Source: Deinococcaceae bacterium (lineage in GTDB: Bacteria; Deinococcota; Deinococci; Deinococcales; Trueperaceae). From it: DNA of 26,639 nt. The notes under the pieces are model-generated. The model saw nothing but the letters and a program-made list of their open reading frames with translations. It was not told the DNA's origin and ran no database searches. The stretch spans positions 6,019-32,657 of the forward strand of contig JBDZWC010000018.1 of the NCBI GenBank assembly GCA_040256005.1, read 5' to 3'. Below, in pieces: positions 1 through 7,998 of the stretch. Both the position numbers and the translations under genes were made by a program. Numbering within the stretch: position 1 is the stretch's first letter; each line of letters begins with the position of its first letter.

Positions 1-77
1 TCCCACACGGTGCGAAGAGTGCAACGGGCCCTTAACCGTCCCGTCATGAAGCACAAATGGCGCCGCGGGCTGCCTGG

Positions 78-2477
78 CTACTCGCCGTACGGCACCCAGA
101 TGTTCTTGACCCGCACGGCACGCCGCAGGAACTCGCGCCCCTCCGCCTGCTCGCGATCGAACCAATCGCGCTTCTTCCCGTTGTTGACCCAGGTGGCCTT
201 GAGGTTCCCGGCCGACTCGCGCTCGACCATCGCGCTGCCGGAGGCCGAGCCGAAGTACCACATGGCCTCGACGCCGTCGTGCTTGGCGAGGACAGCGGCC
301 AGCTCATCTCGGATGCCCGGCAGTATGGACAACGCGCCGGCCGGCAGGTCCGAGGTGTCCAGTACCTGGTAGAGGTCGGTCACGGCCAGCGGCCACCGGG
401 CGGACGGCACGGCCACGACCCGGTTCCCCAGGGCGAGCCCCGGGAAGACGAGGGAGACGAAGGCCAGGAGCGGCGCCTCGTCAGGGCAGACCACCGCCAA
501 CACGTCGTACGGCTCGTTCATGGCCAGGGTGACGTTCCGGAACGGCGTCGGGTGGACGTTGCCGTCGTACTTGTCGCCGTAGGCGGCGTAGGTGAACAGG
601 CGCTCCACGCTGGCCTGCACCTCCGCCGCCGCCGCCCTCCTACTCACCCCGCTCATGGCCCGCAGGCGCTCCTCGAACTCGGGCGCGCGCAGGCTCAGGT
701 TCTCGGCGATGTAGTAGATGACCTGCGCGCGAGCGTGAGCGGTCATCTTGGCCCACTTGTCGCTCTTGCGCGCGGCCTCCACGGCGTCGCGGACGTCCTT
801 GCGGTTGCCCAGCGGCGCCTCGCCCACGCGCTGCCCGCTGGGGCCGAGGACCGGATAGCTGTAGTCGGCGTCGGGCCGCTTCTGCACCCCGCCGACGTAC
901 ATCTTGGCCGTGCGGTCCACGAGCGGGCCCTCCCCTCCTGCCGGCGGCTCACCGCCCAGGGCCTCCGCGCCGCGAGGGTCCACGAGGTCAGCCTCCGCGT
1001 AGCGAGGCAGCCCCTTCTCGTAGGCCGGCCGGAGGTACTCGTACATGCCCTCGCGGCCACCCTCGCGCCCGAAGCCCGACTCGCGGTAGCCGCCGAACCC
1101 GGCGGCGGCGTCGAAGAGGTTGGTGGAGTTCACCCACACCACGCCCGCCTTCAGCTGCGGGGCGATGTCGAGCGCGAGGTTCACGCTCTCGGTCCAGACG
1201 CTGGCGGCCAGTCCGTAGCGGGTGTCGTTGGCGAGCTCGACGGCCTCCTCGGGTGTCCTGAACGTCAGGCTCACGATCACCGGCCCGAAGATCTCCTCCT
1301 GCGCGATGGTCGCGGCCGGGGAGACGTTCGTGAACAGGGTCGGCGGGTAGTACCAGCCCTCCTGCGGCGCCGCCCACGACGGCTGGAAGCAGGTAGCGCC
1401 CGCCGCCTTCCCCTCCTCGACCAGGCGCTCGATCTTCTTGAGTTGAACGGGCGCGATGATCGCGCCGATGTCGATGGACTTGTCGAGCGAGGGGCCCTCG
1501 CGCAGATGCTCCATGCGCTCGCGCAGCTTGGCCTCCATGCGTGCCGCGACGGACTCCTGCACGAGGAGGCGGCTGCCGGCGCAGCAGACCTGGCCCTGGT
1601 TGAACCAGATGGCGTCCACGACCCCTTCCACCGCCGAGTCGATGTCTGCGTCGTCGAAGACGATGAAGGGCGACTTGCCGCCCAGCTCCAGCGACAGCTT
1701 GACGCCCTTGCCTGCCGTGGCCCTGCGGATGATGCGTCCCACCTCGGTGGAGCCCGTGAACGCGACCTTGTCGAGGCCGTCGTGTTCGACGATCGCCGCG
1801 CCGGTGCGCCCGTCGCCCGTGACGACGTTGAGCACACCCGGCGGCAGCCCCACCTCCTGCGCCAGCTCGGCGAACGCCAGCGCCGTCAGTGGCGTGAACT
1901 CGGCCGGCTTGAGCACCACGGTGTTGCCCGCTGCCAGAGCCGGCGCGACCTTCCACGAGAGCATGAGCAGGGGGAAGTTCCAGGGTATGACCTGGCCGCA
2001 CACGCCCACGGGCTCGTAGCCGGGGAACTCCGTCTCGAGCAGCTGGGCCCAGCCGGCGTGATGGTAGAGATGCCGCGCCACCAGGGGAACGTCCAGGTCG
2101 CGGGTCTCGCGGATGGGCTTGCCGTTGTCCAACGACTCGAGCACGGCCAGCAGACGGGCGTGCTTCTGAACGTGGCGCGCCAGCGCGTATAGGTAGCGGG
2201 CGCGCCCGTGGCCACCGAGCTTCTGCCAGCCGGCAAGCGCCGACCGCGCCGCCTTGACAGCGGCGTCGACGTCCTCGGCAGTCCCTTGGGTCACCTGAGC
2301 AAGCTCGCTGCCGTCACCGGGGTGGAGCGTGGCGAAGGTCTCACCGGGCTCCGTGAAGCGCCCGCCGATGAAGTGACCGAGCCGCCTGCCGTGACGCTCC
2401 AGCCAGGCGTTCGCCACGTCCGGTGACTCGGGCGCGGGCCCGTAGTCGAGCGTCTCGAAGATCTCCCTAACGGTCAT
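78..2477 (-). CDS. Aldehyde dehydrogenase, long two-module (ALDH16-like) type, 799 aa; probable acetaldehyde dehydrogenase partnering DeoC
   Basis: ALDH motifs IPWNFP, LKPAE, FTGSTEVG, LELGGKSP, catalytic FNQGQVCCAGSR, EEIFGPV and FGGYRESGFGREGG. A second truncated ALDH-like module occupies the C-terminal ~280 aa. It lies 14 bp downstream of deoC with an RBS-like GAGGGG. Confidence 0.93.
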   Translation of the reverse strand: MTVREIFETLDYGPAPESPDVANAWLERHGRRLGHFIGGRFTEPGETFATLHPGDGSELAQVTQGTAEDVDAAVKAARSALAGWQKLGGHGRARYLYALARHVQKHARLLAVLESLDNGKPIRETRDLDVPLVARHLYHHAGWAQLLETEFPGYEPVGVCGQVIPWNFPLLMLSWKVAPALAAGNTVVLKPAEFTPLTALAFAELAQEVGLPPGVLNVVTGDGRTGAAIVEHDGLDKVAFTGSTEVGRIIRRATAGKGVKLSLELGGKSPFIVFDDADIDSAVEGVVDAIWFNQGQVCCAGSRLLVQESVAARMEAKLRERMEHLREGPSLDKSIDIGAIIAPVQLKKIERLVEEGKAAGATCFQPSWAAPQEGWYYPPTLFTNVSPAATIAQEEIFGPVIVSLTFRTPEEAVELANDTRYGLAASVWTESVNLALDIAPQLKAGVVWVNSTNLFDAAAGFGGYRESGFGREGGREGMYEYLRPAYEKGLPRYAEADLVDPRGAEALGGEPPAGGEGPLVDRTAKMYVGGVQKRPDADYSYPVLGPSGQRVGEAPLGNRKDVRDAVEAARKSDKWAKMTAHARAQVIYYIAENLSLRAPEFEERLRAMSGVSRRAAAAEVQASVERLFTYAAYGDKYDGNVHPTPFRNVTLAMNEPYDVLAVVCPDEAPLLAFVSLVFPGLALGNRVVAVPSARWPLAVTDLYQVLDTSDLPAGALSILPGIRDELAAVLAKHDGVEAMWYFGSASGSAMVERESAGNLKATWVNNGKKRDWFDREQAEGREFLRRAVRVKNIWVPYGE

Positions 2478-2491
2478 TGTCGCCCCTCACC

Positions 2492-3493
2492 TCACCCGAG
2501 CGGATGCCGGTAGAACGCCGAGTAGCGTCCCGTAACGTGGTGTTCCAGCTGACGCTCGATGTCCGCCAGCAGCGAGCTGGCACCGAACCTCAGGAGGTCG
2601 GGCTCGAGCCAGCGGCGCCCCAGCTCCTCGCGCATGAGGATCATCCAGGCCATGGCGTCCTTGGCGGTGCGCAGGCCGCCGGCGGGCTTGAAGCCCACCA
2701 GGTAACCGGTGCGTTCCTGGTACTCGCGGATGGCGCGGACCATCGTCAGGCTCACGGGCAGCGTGGCGTTCACGCTCTCCTTGCCCGTCGACGTCTTTAT
2801 GAAATCGGCCCCGGCCATCATGGCTACCAGGCTCGCGCGGTAGACGTTGCGCAACGTGCCCAGCTCACCGGTGGCGAGGATCACCTTCATGTGCGCCTCG
2901 CCGCACGCCTCCCTGAACGAGCGCAGCTCCTCGTACAACCCTTGCCAGTCGTGGGTGAGCGCCAGTCGTCGCGAGATGACCACGTCGATCTCGCCCGCCC
3001 CGGCCGAGACCGAGCGCACGATCTCCTCGACCCGCGTCGCGAACGGCGACAGGCCCGCAGGGAAGCCGGTGGAGACCGCGGCCACGGGCACGCCGCTGCC
3101 TCGCAGAGCCTGCACCGCCACCGGGACCATGTCGTGGTACACGCACACGGCGCCCACCGTGAGGTTCAGGTCCTCGACCCCCAGCTCTGTCAACAGGTCG
3201 CGGCGGACGGGCTGAAGCGCTTTCGCGCACAGGCGCCGGACCCGGCCCGGGGTGTCGTCCCCGGAGAGGGTCGTCAGGTCGATGAGCGTGACGGCCTTGA
3301 GCAGCCAGGCCGCCTGCCACTCCTTCTTGATGCTGCGTCGCGTCGTCAGTGTGGCGGCGCGGCGCTCCACCGCGCTGCGGTTGACCCGCGTGCCGTGCAC
3401 CCAGTCGAGCTGGAGCTCCGTGCCCTCGTTGCGTGAGAGCCGGGTCCCGCCGTGCGCCGCGGGTTCTTCCCAGGTCTCCGTCCTGACGCTCAT
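2492..3493 (-). CDS. deoC: Deoxyribose-phosphate aldolase (long, eukaryote-like DERA type), 333 aa
   Basis: Motifs IDLTTLSGDDT, AVCVY, VSTGFPAG, EIDVVI, HMKVIL (Schiff-base Lys), DFIKTSTGKE, GFKPAGG and RFGASSLL. Confidence 0.96.
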   Translation of the reverse strand: MSVRTETWEEPAAHGGTRLSRNEGTELQLDWVHGTRVNRSAVERRAATLTTRRSIKKEWQAAWLLKAVTLIDLTTLSGDDTPGRVRRLCAKALQPVRRDLLTELGVEDLNLTVGAVCVYHDMVPVAVQALRGSGVPVAAVSTGFPAGLSPFATRVEEIVRSVSAGAGEIDVVISRRLALTHDWQGLYEELRSFREACGEAHMKVILATGELGTLRNVYRASLVAMMAGADFIKTSTGKESVNATLPVSLTMVRAIREYQERTGYLVGFKPAGGLRTAKDAMAWMILMREELGRRWLEPDLLRFGASSLLADIERQLEHHVTGRYSAFYRHPLG

Positions 3494-4401
3494 GCGCCGT
3501 CCTTCCCGGCCCCAAACCCGAGCCTCTCTGCCATCTCGCTGCCGTCCTCCGCGAAGAGCCTGTCTACCAACAGGTCAGCCAGCTCTGGCGAGAAGACGCC
3601 CTCCCTCACGAGCGGCCAGGTGCGTAGCTGGTCCAGGCTCATCAACCGTTGGGCCCCGCTCGCGAGCCGGACGGGGACCTCATCATGGCCGAGAGCGGCC
3701 AGCACCGCCACCCTGTGGAAGCCGGCCCTGATGATGAAGCGGAACTGGTCGCCGAGTATCAGCAGAGTGCCGCGGATGGCGTCCTGAGGAAGCGGCCGGT
3801 ACCCGCCCTCCTTGACGGACGCGACGAGGCGCTTGAGCCGCCACACCTCCAGTTCCAACACCTTCCCGCCCAACGGTCCGTGGCTGGGCAGCCGTAGGTC
3901 GGCGGGGGCGTTGGCCGGCCAGGGCCGCACCTCCGGCGACCACGGCCAGAAGAACCTGACGTCGGCCGTGTCGATACGCCACAGTGGGGAGCTCTCCGGT
4001 ACGTCTGCGCGTGGCGAGGAGAACAGCAGCTCGGCGGCGGTGCGAGGCTGGAACTTGGCCGCGAACCGCGCGAGCACCGTCTCCTCGACCGGGGTGGCCG
4101 GTTCGCTGGCCAGTTGCCTGGCCGTCGCCTGCCAGGCGTCGAAGGCCTGCGGTCCGAAGCCGAACAACGTGACGTTCCGGCAGGACGTGACCGGCACGAA
4201 GGTGTCGACCGGCTCGGGGCGGTAGACGGCGCCGAGCGGGTCGACCGCGCGCGCAGGGTCTACGGCCGCGCCTCGCTGTGGTGCGGAGAGGAGCGACCGG
4301 ATCCGCTTCGAGACGCCTTTGCGCAGTCGCCCGAGGGCGCTCGGATTCCTGTACCCGCCCTCGATGAACTCGTACAGGCGGGCCAGTTCGGCCTCGGTCA
4401 T
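3490..4401 (-). CDS. Hypothetical protein (~303 aa) with a C-terminal ParB/sulfiredoxin-like nucleotide-binding motif
   Basis: ATG at 4401 is preceded by GGAG and by an extended -10 box at 4433-4441. The stop overlaps the deoC start (ATGA at 3490-3493). The pattern LVASVKEGGY...FIIRAGFHRVAVLAALGHDEVPV resembles the ParB-N/Srx core. The ORF track start at 4503 is probably too long. Confidence 0.75.
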   Translation of the reverse strand: MTEAELARLYEFIEGGYRNPSALGRLRKGVSKRIRSLLSAPQRGAAVDPARAVDPLGAVYRPEPVDTFVPVTSCRNVTLFGFGPQAFDAWQATARQLASEPATPVEETVLARFAAKFQPRTAAELLFSSPRADVPESSPLWRIDTADVRFFWPWSPEVRPWPANAPADLRLPSHGPLGGKVLELEVWRLKRLVASVKEGGYRPLPQDAIRGTLLILGDQFRFIIRAGFHRVAVLAALGHDEVPVRLASGAQRLMSLDQLRTWPLVREGVFSPELADLLVDRLFAEDGSEMAERLGFGAGKDGA

Positions 4402-4432
4402 CGCCTGCTCCGGCACGCTGCCACGGTCGCCG

Positions 4433-4442
4433 AGGGTAGCAT
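4433..4442. promoter_or_regulatory. Overlapping divergent -10 elements between the deoC operon and the dcyD-like operon
   Basis: The minus strand reads TGcTACCCT (extended -10, TGnTANNNT) about 32 nt before ATG 4401. The plus strand reads TAGCAT at 4437-4442. Confidence 0.45.
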
Positions 4443-4549
4443 GGCGGTCGCGGGCCGAGACGTACCGACTTTCGCCTCTGGGACGGGATCGACGCGGTAT
4501 CACAGCGGCGGTGAGCCGGGCTCGGACGCCGCGTAAGGATGGTCAAGGC

Positions 4550-5548
4550 ATGCAGCTCTACCGCTTCCCACGTCGTCGCTACACCTCTGGGCCCACCGCG
4601 CTGACCCCGCTGGAGCGTCTCAGCCGACACCTCGGCGGCCCGCGTCTGTGGATCAAGCGAGACGATGAGCTGGGCCTGGCGGGGGGCGGCAACAAGACCC
4701 GCAAGCTCGAGTTCCTCGTCGCGGACGCACTCGCCAAGGGCGCGGACACCCTGATAACCACCGGAGCCGTGCAGTCGAACCACTGCCGGCTCACGCTGGC
4801 CGCGGCCTGCGCGGAGGGCCTGGCCTGCCGCCTGGTGATCGAGGAGCGCGTGCCGGGTAGCTACGACGAGGACGCCAGCGGTAACAACATGCTCTTCAGG
4901 CTGCTGGGCGCCGAGCGCATAACCGTCGTGCCAGCCGGCACCGACCTGGCGGCAGCGCTGCAGCAGGAGGCCGACGACGTGTCCGCGGCGGGTCGGGTGC
5001 CTTACGTCATCCCTGGCGGCGGCTCCAACCCGCTGGGCGCGCTGGGCTACGTGGCCGCCGCCGAGGAGCTCATGGCGCAAGCCGTCGAGGCCCGGCTGGC
5101 GTTCCAGGCTTTGGTGGTGGCCAGCGGCTCGGGCGGTACGCATGCCGGCCTGCTGGCCGGCTTGAGGGGCAACAGCAGCGGCCTGCCGGTCATCGGCGTG
5201 AGCACCCGGGCCGCCAGGGAGCAACAGGAAGCGAAGATCCTCGACCTGGCGCGGCGCACCGCGGAGCTGGCCGGCTCGGCCATCGAGGTGACCTCCGAGG
5301 ACGTGCGAGTCGACGACGGCCACGTGGGGGACGGCTACTCGTTGCCCACCGCAGGGATGGTCGAGGCCGTGAAGCTGTTCGCGCGGCTCGAGGGCGTGCT
5401 GCTCGACCCCGTCTACACCGGCAAGGCCGCCGCCGGCTTGTTGGCCCTCGTCCGAGGCGGCGCCTTCGACCCCGACGGCGACGTCGTGTTCGTTCATACG
5501 GGAGGCTGGCCGGCGCTGTTCGCCTACCAAGAGGTACTCCTATCGTGA
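4550..5548 (+). CDS. dcyD: D-cysteine desulfhydrase / D-cysteate sulfo-lyase family PLP enzyme, 332 aa
   Basis: Motifs WIKRDD, GGNKTRKLEF (PLP Lys), QSNH, IPGGGSN, SGSGGTHAG, LDPVYTGKA (Thr, not the Glu of ACC deaminase) and FVHTGG. ATG 4550 gives the typical MQLYRFPR N-terminus. Confidence 0.9.
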   Translation: MQLYRFPRRRYTSGPTALTPLERLSRHLGGPRLWIKRDDELGLAGGGNKTRKLEFLVADALAKGADTLITTGAVQSNHCRLTLAAACAEGLACRLVIEERVPGSYDEDASGNNMLFRLLGAERITVVPAGTDLAAALQQEADDVSAAGRVPYVIPGGGSNPLGALGYVAAAEELMAQAVEARLAFQALVVASGSGGTHAGLLAGLRGNSSGLPVIGVSTRAAREQQEAKILDLARRTAELAGSAIEVTSEDVRVDDGHVGDGYSLPTAGMVEAVKLFARLEGVLLDPVYTGKAAAGLLALVRGGAFDPDGDVVFVHTGGWPALFAYQEVLLS

Positions 5549-5574
5549 GCCCAAGAGCGCGGGCGGGAGGCTAG

Positions 5575-6102
5575 ATGAAGGCTGACGTTGTGTTGGTGAG
5601 ACGCGAGCGCGAGGAGGACATCCCGGCCGTCGAGAAGGTCGTGGAGGCGGCGTTCCTCCGGCGCGGCAGCGACCGTCCGTCCGAATCGAAGCTCCTCGAG
5701 GACCTGCGGAAGGATCCCGGCTGGCTGCCCCGGTTGTCGCTGGTGGCGGTGGTCGACGGCCGCATCTGCGGTCAGGTCGTATGCACGCGAGGCAGGGTCG
5801 ACGACGAGCCGGCCCTGGGCTTGGGCCCCCTGGCCGTCCTGCCGGAGAGCCAGGGCACCGGCGTCGGCTCCGCCCTCATGTACGCGGCGCTGGCGGCGGC
5901 CGAGGCGCTCGGCGAGCCGCTCGTGGCGCTGCTGGGCTCCCCCGACTTCTACGCGCGCTTCGGGTTCGAACCGGCCAGGTACCACGGCATAGAGCCGCCC
6001 GTGCCGGACTGGGCCGAGCATTTCCAGGTCAGGTGGCTGACAGCCGAGCCCGGCTCGATCGCCGGCACGTTCCGCTACGCCAGGCCGTTCGACGACCTGT
6101 GA
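5575..6102 (+). CDS. GNAT family N-acetyltransferase (YhbS-like), 175 aa
   Basis: LGPLAVLPESQGTGVGSALM (acetyl-CoA motif A) and LLGSPDFYARFGF. RBS GGAGG upstream. Confidence 0.88.
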   Translation: MKADVVLVRREREEDIPAVEKVVEAAFLRRGSDRPSESKLLEDLRKDPGWLPRLSLVAVVDGRICGQVVCTRGRVDDEPALGLGPLAVLPESQGTGVGSALMYAALAAAEALGEPLVALLGSPDFYARFGFEPARYHGIEPPVPDWAEHFQVRWLTAEPGSIAGTFRYARPFDDL

Positions 6103-6857
6103 CCTCGGGTAGGCGCCCGCTGATCGGCGTGCTCGGCGGGTTGGGCCCCGCTGCGTCAGCCGACCTGTACGTGAAGCTGGTGGCGGCTACGAGCGCCAGC
6201 GGCGACCGCGACCACGTGAGGGTGATCATCGACGGCGACCCCGACGTCCCGGACCGCCAGGCGGCGATCGCCGGTGAGGGCCCCAGCGCCGCGCCCGCGA
6301 TCGTCGCGAAGGCTCTGCGCCTGAAGGCCGCCGGCGCCGACGTCCTCGCCATGGCCTGCCACGCCGCGCACGCCTACCGGCCCGACATCGAAGCCGCCAC
6401 CGGGTTGCCGTTCGTCAGCCTGATCGAGGTGGCGGTGGACGCCGCCAGCGCGGGGGCGCCGGCCGCCGGGACCGTGGGGCTCTTGGCCACGCCTGCCACC
6501 CTCGACGCCAGCCTCTACGACGAGCCGGTGGCGCGCTCGGGCCGCCGGCTGGTGACGCCCGACGATCTCGCAGGCGGCCGCGAGCGGTTCATGTCACTGG
6601 TCTGGCGCGTGAAGGCGGGTGACACCAGCAGCGTTGTCCGTGAGGCCATGGCGGGCCTGGCGAGCGAGCTGGTCGCGGCGGGCGCCGAGGTGGTCATCGC
6701 CGCCTGCACCGAGGTGCCGCTCGTGCTGAGCGCTGAAGCGGTGTCCGTGCCTCTCGTGGACGCGACGGCTGCACTGGCGGCGAGGCTGGTAGAGGTGGGT
6801 CGAGGGGATCTGCCCGGCGCTCACATGAGCCTTAACGGGAAGCTGAGCGCCGAGTGA
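6099..6857 (+). CDS. Aspartate/glutamate racemase family amino-acid racemase, ~252 aa
   Basis: IGVLGGLGPAAS, PDRQ, two catalytic Cys motifs (MACHAAH and ACTEVP), GLLATPAT and VDAT. The GTG start overlaps the GNAT stop (GTGA). Confidence 0.88.
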   Translation: MTSGRRPLIGVLGGLGPAASADLYVKLVAATSASGDRDHVRVIIDGDPDVPDRQAAIAGEGPSAAPAIVAKALRLKAAGADVLAMACHAAHAYRPDIEAATGLPFVSLIEVAVDAASAGAPAAGTVGLLATPATLDASLYDEPVARSGRRLVTPDDLAGGRERFMSLVWRVKAGDTSSVVREAMAGLASELVAAGAEVVIAACTEVPLVLSAEAVSVPLVDATAALAARLVEVGRGDLPGAHMSLNGKLSAE

Positions 6858-6873
6858 GAATGCTCACACCCCG

Positions 6874-6882
6874 TGCTAGTCT
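6874..6882 (+). promoter_or_regulatory. Extended -10 promoter element for the phnD operon
   Basis: TGcTAGTCT about 70 nt upstream of GTG 6952, with RBS GGAGG before the start. Confidence 0.45.
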
Positions 6883-6951
6883 TGTCGCGCACTGGGCCAA
6901 GGCGGGAACCCGGCGCGGCCCGAGAGCGCATCTTCCAACCTGGAGGCGGTA

Positions 6952-7830
6952 GTGAAGCGAACCCTCAAGACCCTACTCGCGGTGATCTTGGCCGGCACGA
7001 TGTACGTCGGCTTCGCTCAGGACGGCGAGATCCCCGACACCCTAGTCCTCGGCATGGTCCCCAGCCGCGAGGCCGACGCCATCGTCGACAGCCTGGACCC
7101 CATCGCCGAGATGCTCGAGGAACGCCTGCTCATCCCCGTCGAGACCTTCGTGAGCACGAACTTCGTGGGCCTCGTGGAAGCGATGGGCACCGGCCGCGTC
7201 CACATCGGCCTGTTCGGGCCCGCCGCGCTGGTACAGGCGGTCGATGAGTACGGCATGGAGGTCATCCTCGCCTCCGTGCGTCAGGGCAGCACGACGTACC
7301 GCTCGCAGTTCAACGTGCGCTGCGACAGCGGCATCACCGAGTTCGAACAGCTGCGCGGCAAGACCATCGCCTGGGTCGACCCGGGCTCCGCCTCCGGCTA
7401 TCAGTTCCCGTACGTCACGCTCAAGAACCAGTACGGCATCGACCCCGACACCGAGATGACGGGCATCTTCGCCGGCTCGCACGACGCCGCCGCGCTGGCC
7501 GTCTACCTTGGCGACGTCGACGTCGCGGTCACCTTCGGCGGCTCGCCCGGCTCCGACGGCCGCGAGACCATCGAAGCCGACTACCCGGACGTCAAGGAGC
7601 AGGTCTGCATCCTCGGCTACTCCGCCGACATCCCCAACGACGGCATGGTCGTCCAGCCCGGCCTCGACTCGGACCTGAAGGCCCAGATCGCCGCCGCGTT
7701 CATCGACATCGCGAACACGGAAGAGGGCGAAGCCCTCACCCAGGCGCTGTTCAACGTCACCGAGTTCGCGCCCATCGACCCCTCCGCCTACGACATCGTC
7801 CGCGAGGTCAGCCGCACCTTCCAGCGCTGA
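6952..7830 (+). CDS. phnD: Phosphate/phosphonate ABC transporter substrate-binding protein (PhnD family), 292 aa
   Basis: Signal peptide ending GFA-Q; motifs LVEAMGTGRVHIG, YRSQF, VDPGSASGYQFP, GSHDAA and IPNDG; first gene of phnD-C-E-E. Confidence 0.9.
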   Translation: MKRTLKTLLAVILAGTMYVGFAQDGEIPDTLVLGMVPSREADAIVDSLDPIAEMLEERLLIPVETFVSTNFVGLVEAMGTGRVHIGLFGPAALVQAVDEYGMEVILASVRQGSTTYRSQFNVRCDSGITEFEQLRGKTIAWVDPGSASGYQFPYVTLKNQYGIDPDTEMTGIFAGSHDAAALAVYLGDVDVAVTFGGSPGSDGRETIEADYPDVKEQVCILGYSADIPNDGMVVQPGLDSDLKAQIAAAFIDIANTEEGEALTQALFNVTEFAPIDPSAYDIVREVSRTFQR

Positions 7831-7854
7831 GCCAGTAGAGCGAAACCTTGCTCC

Positions 7855-7890
7855 AAGGGCCGGCCGGGCATGCCCCAGCCGGCCCTTCTT
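7855..7890 (+). terminator. Stem-loop after phnD (terminator or mRNA stabiliser)
   Basis: AAGGGCCGGC (7855-7864) pairs with GCCGGCCCTT (7878-7887) and is followed by CTT. Confidence 0.65.
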
Positions 7891-7998
7891 CATGCCGGCA
7901 CCTGCTCCGCGGGCGCGCTCCACCGGAACCCCGGACCACGCCGCCGCGGCAGGGGCGTTCGCCCCCTCGGGGCCAGCACCTTTGGGTTACTCTCGTGC

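Noticed and set aside
57..2192. 711-aa plus-strand ORF, and 2477..3436
   Set aside because: These are antisense shadows of ALDH and deoC. Stop-free reverse frames are expected in high-GC coding DNA, and they carry no motifs.
3490..4401. Chromosome or plasmid partition ParB
   Set aside because: It has GFHR rather than GERRxRA, no HTH or dimerisation domain, and no parA or parS visible.
3683..5530. 615-aa minus-strand ORF
   Set aside because: It is antisense to the dcyD-like gene and out of frame with the ParB/Srx-like gene, with Arg/Gly-rich non-protein-like composition.
4550..5548. ACC deaminase (acdS) call
   Set aside because: It has DPVYTGK rather than the diagnostic DPVYEGK.
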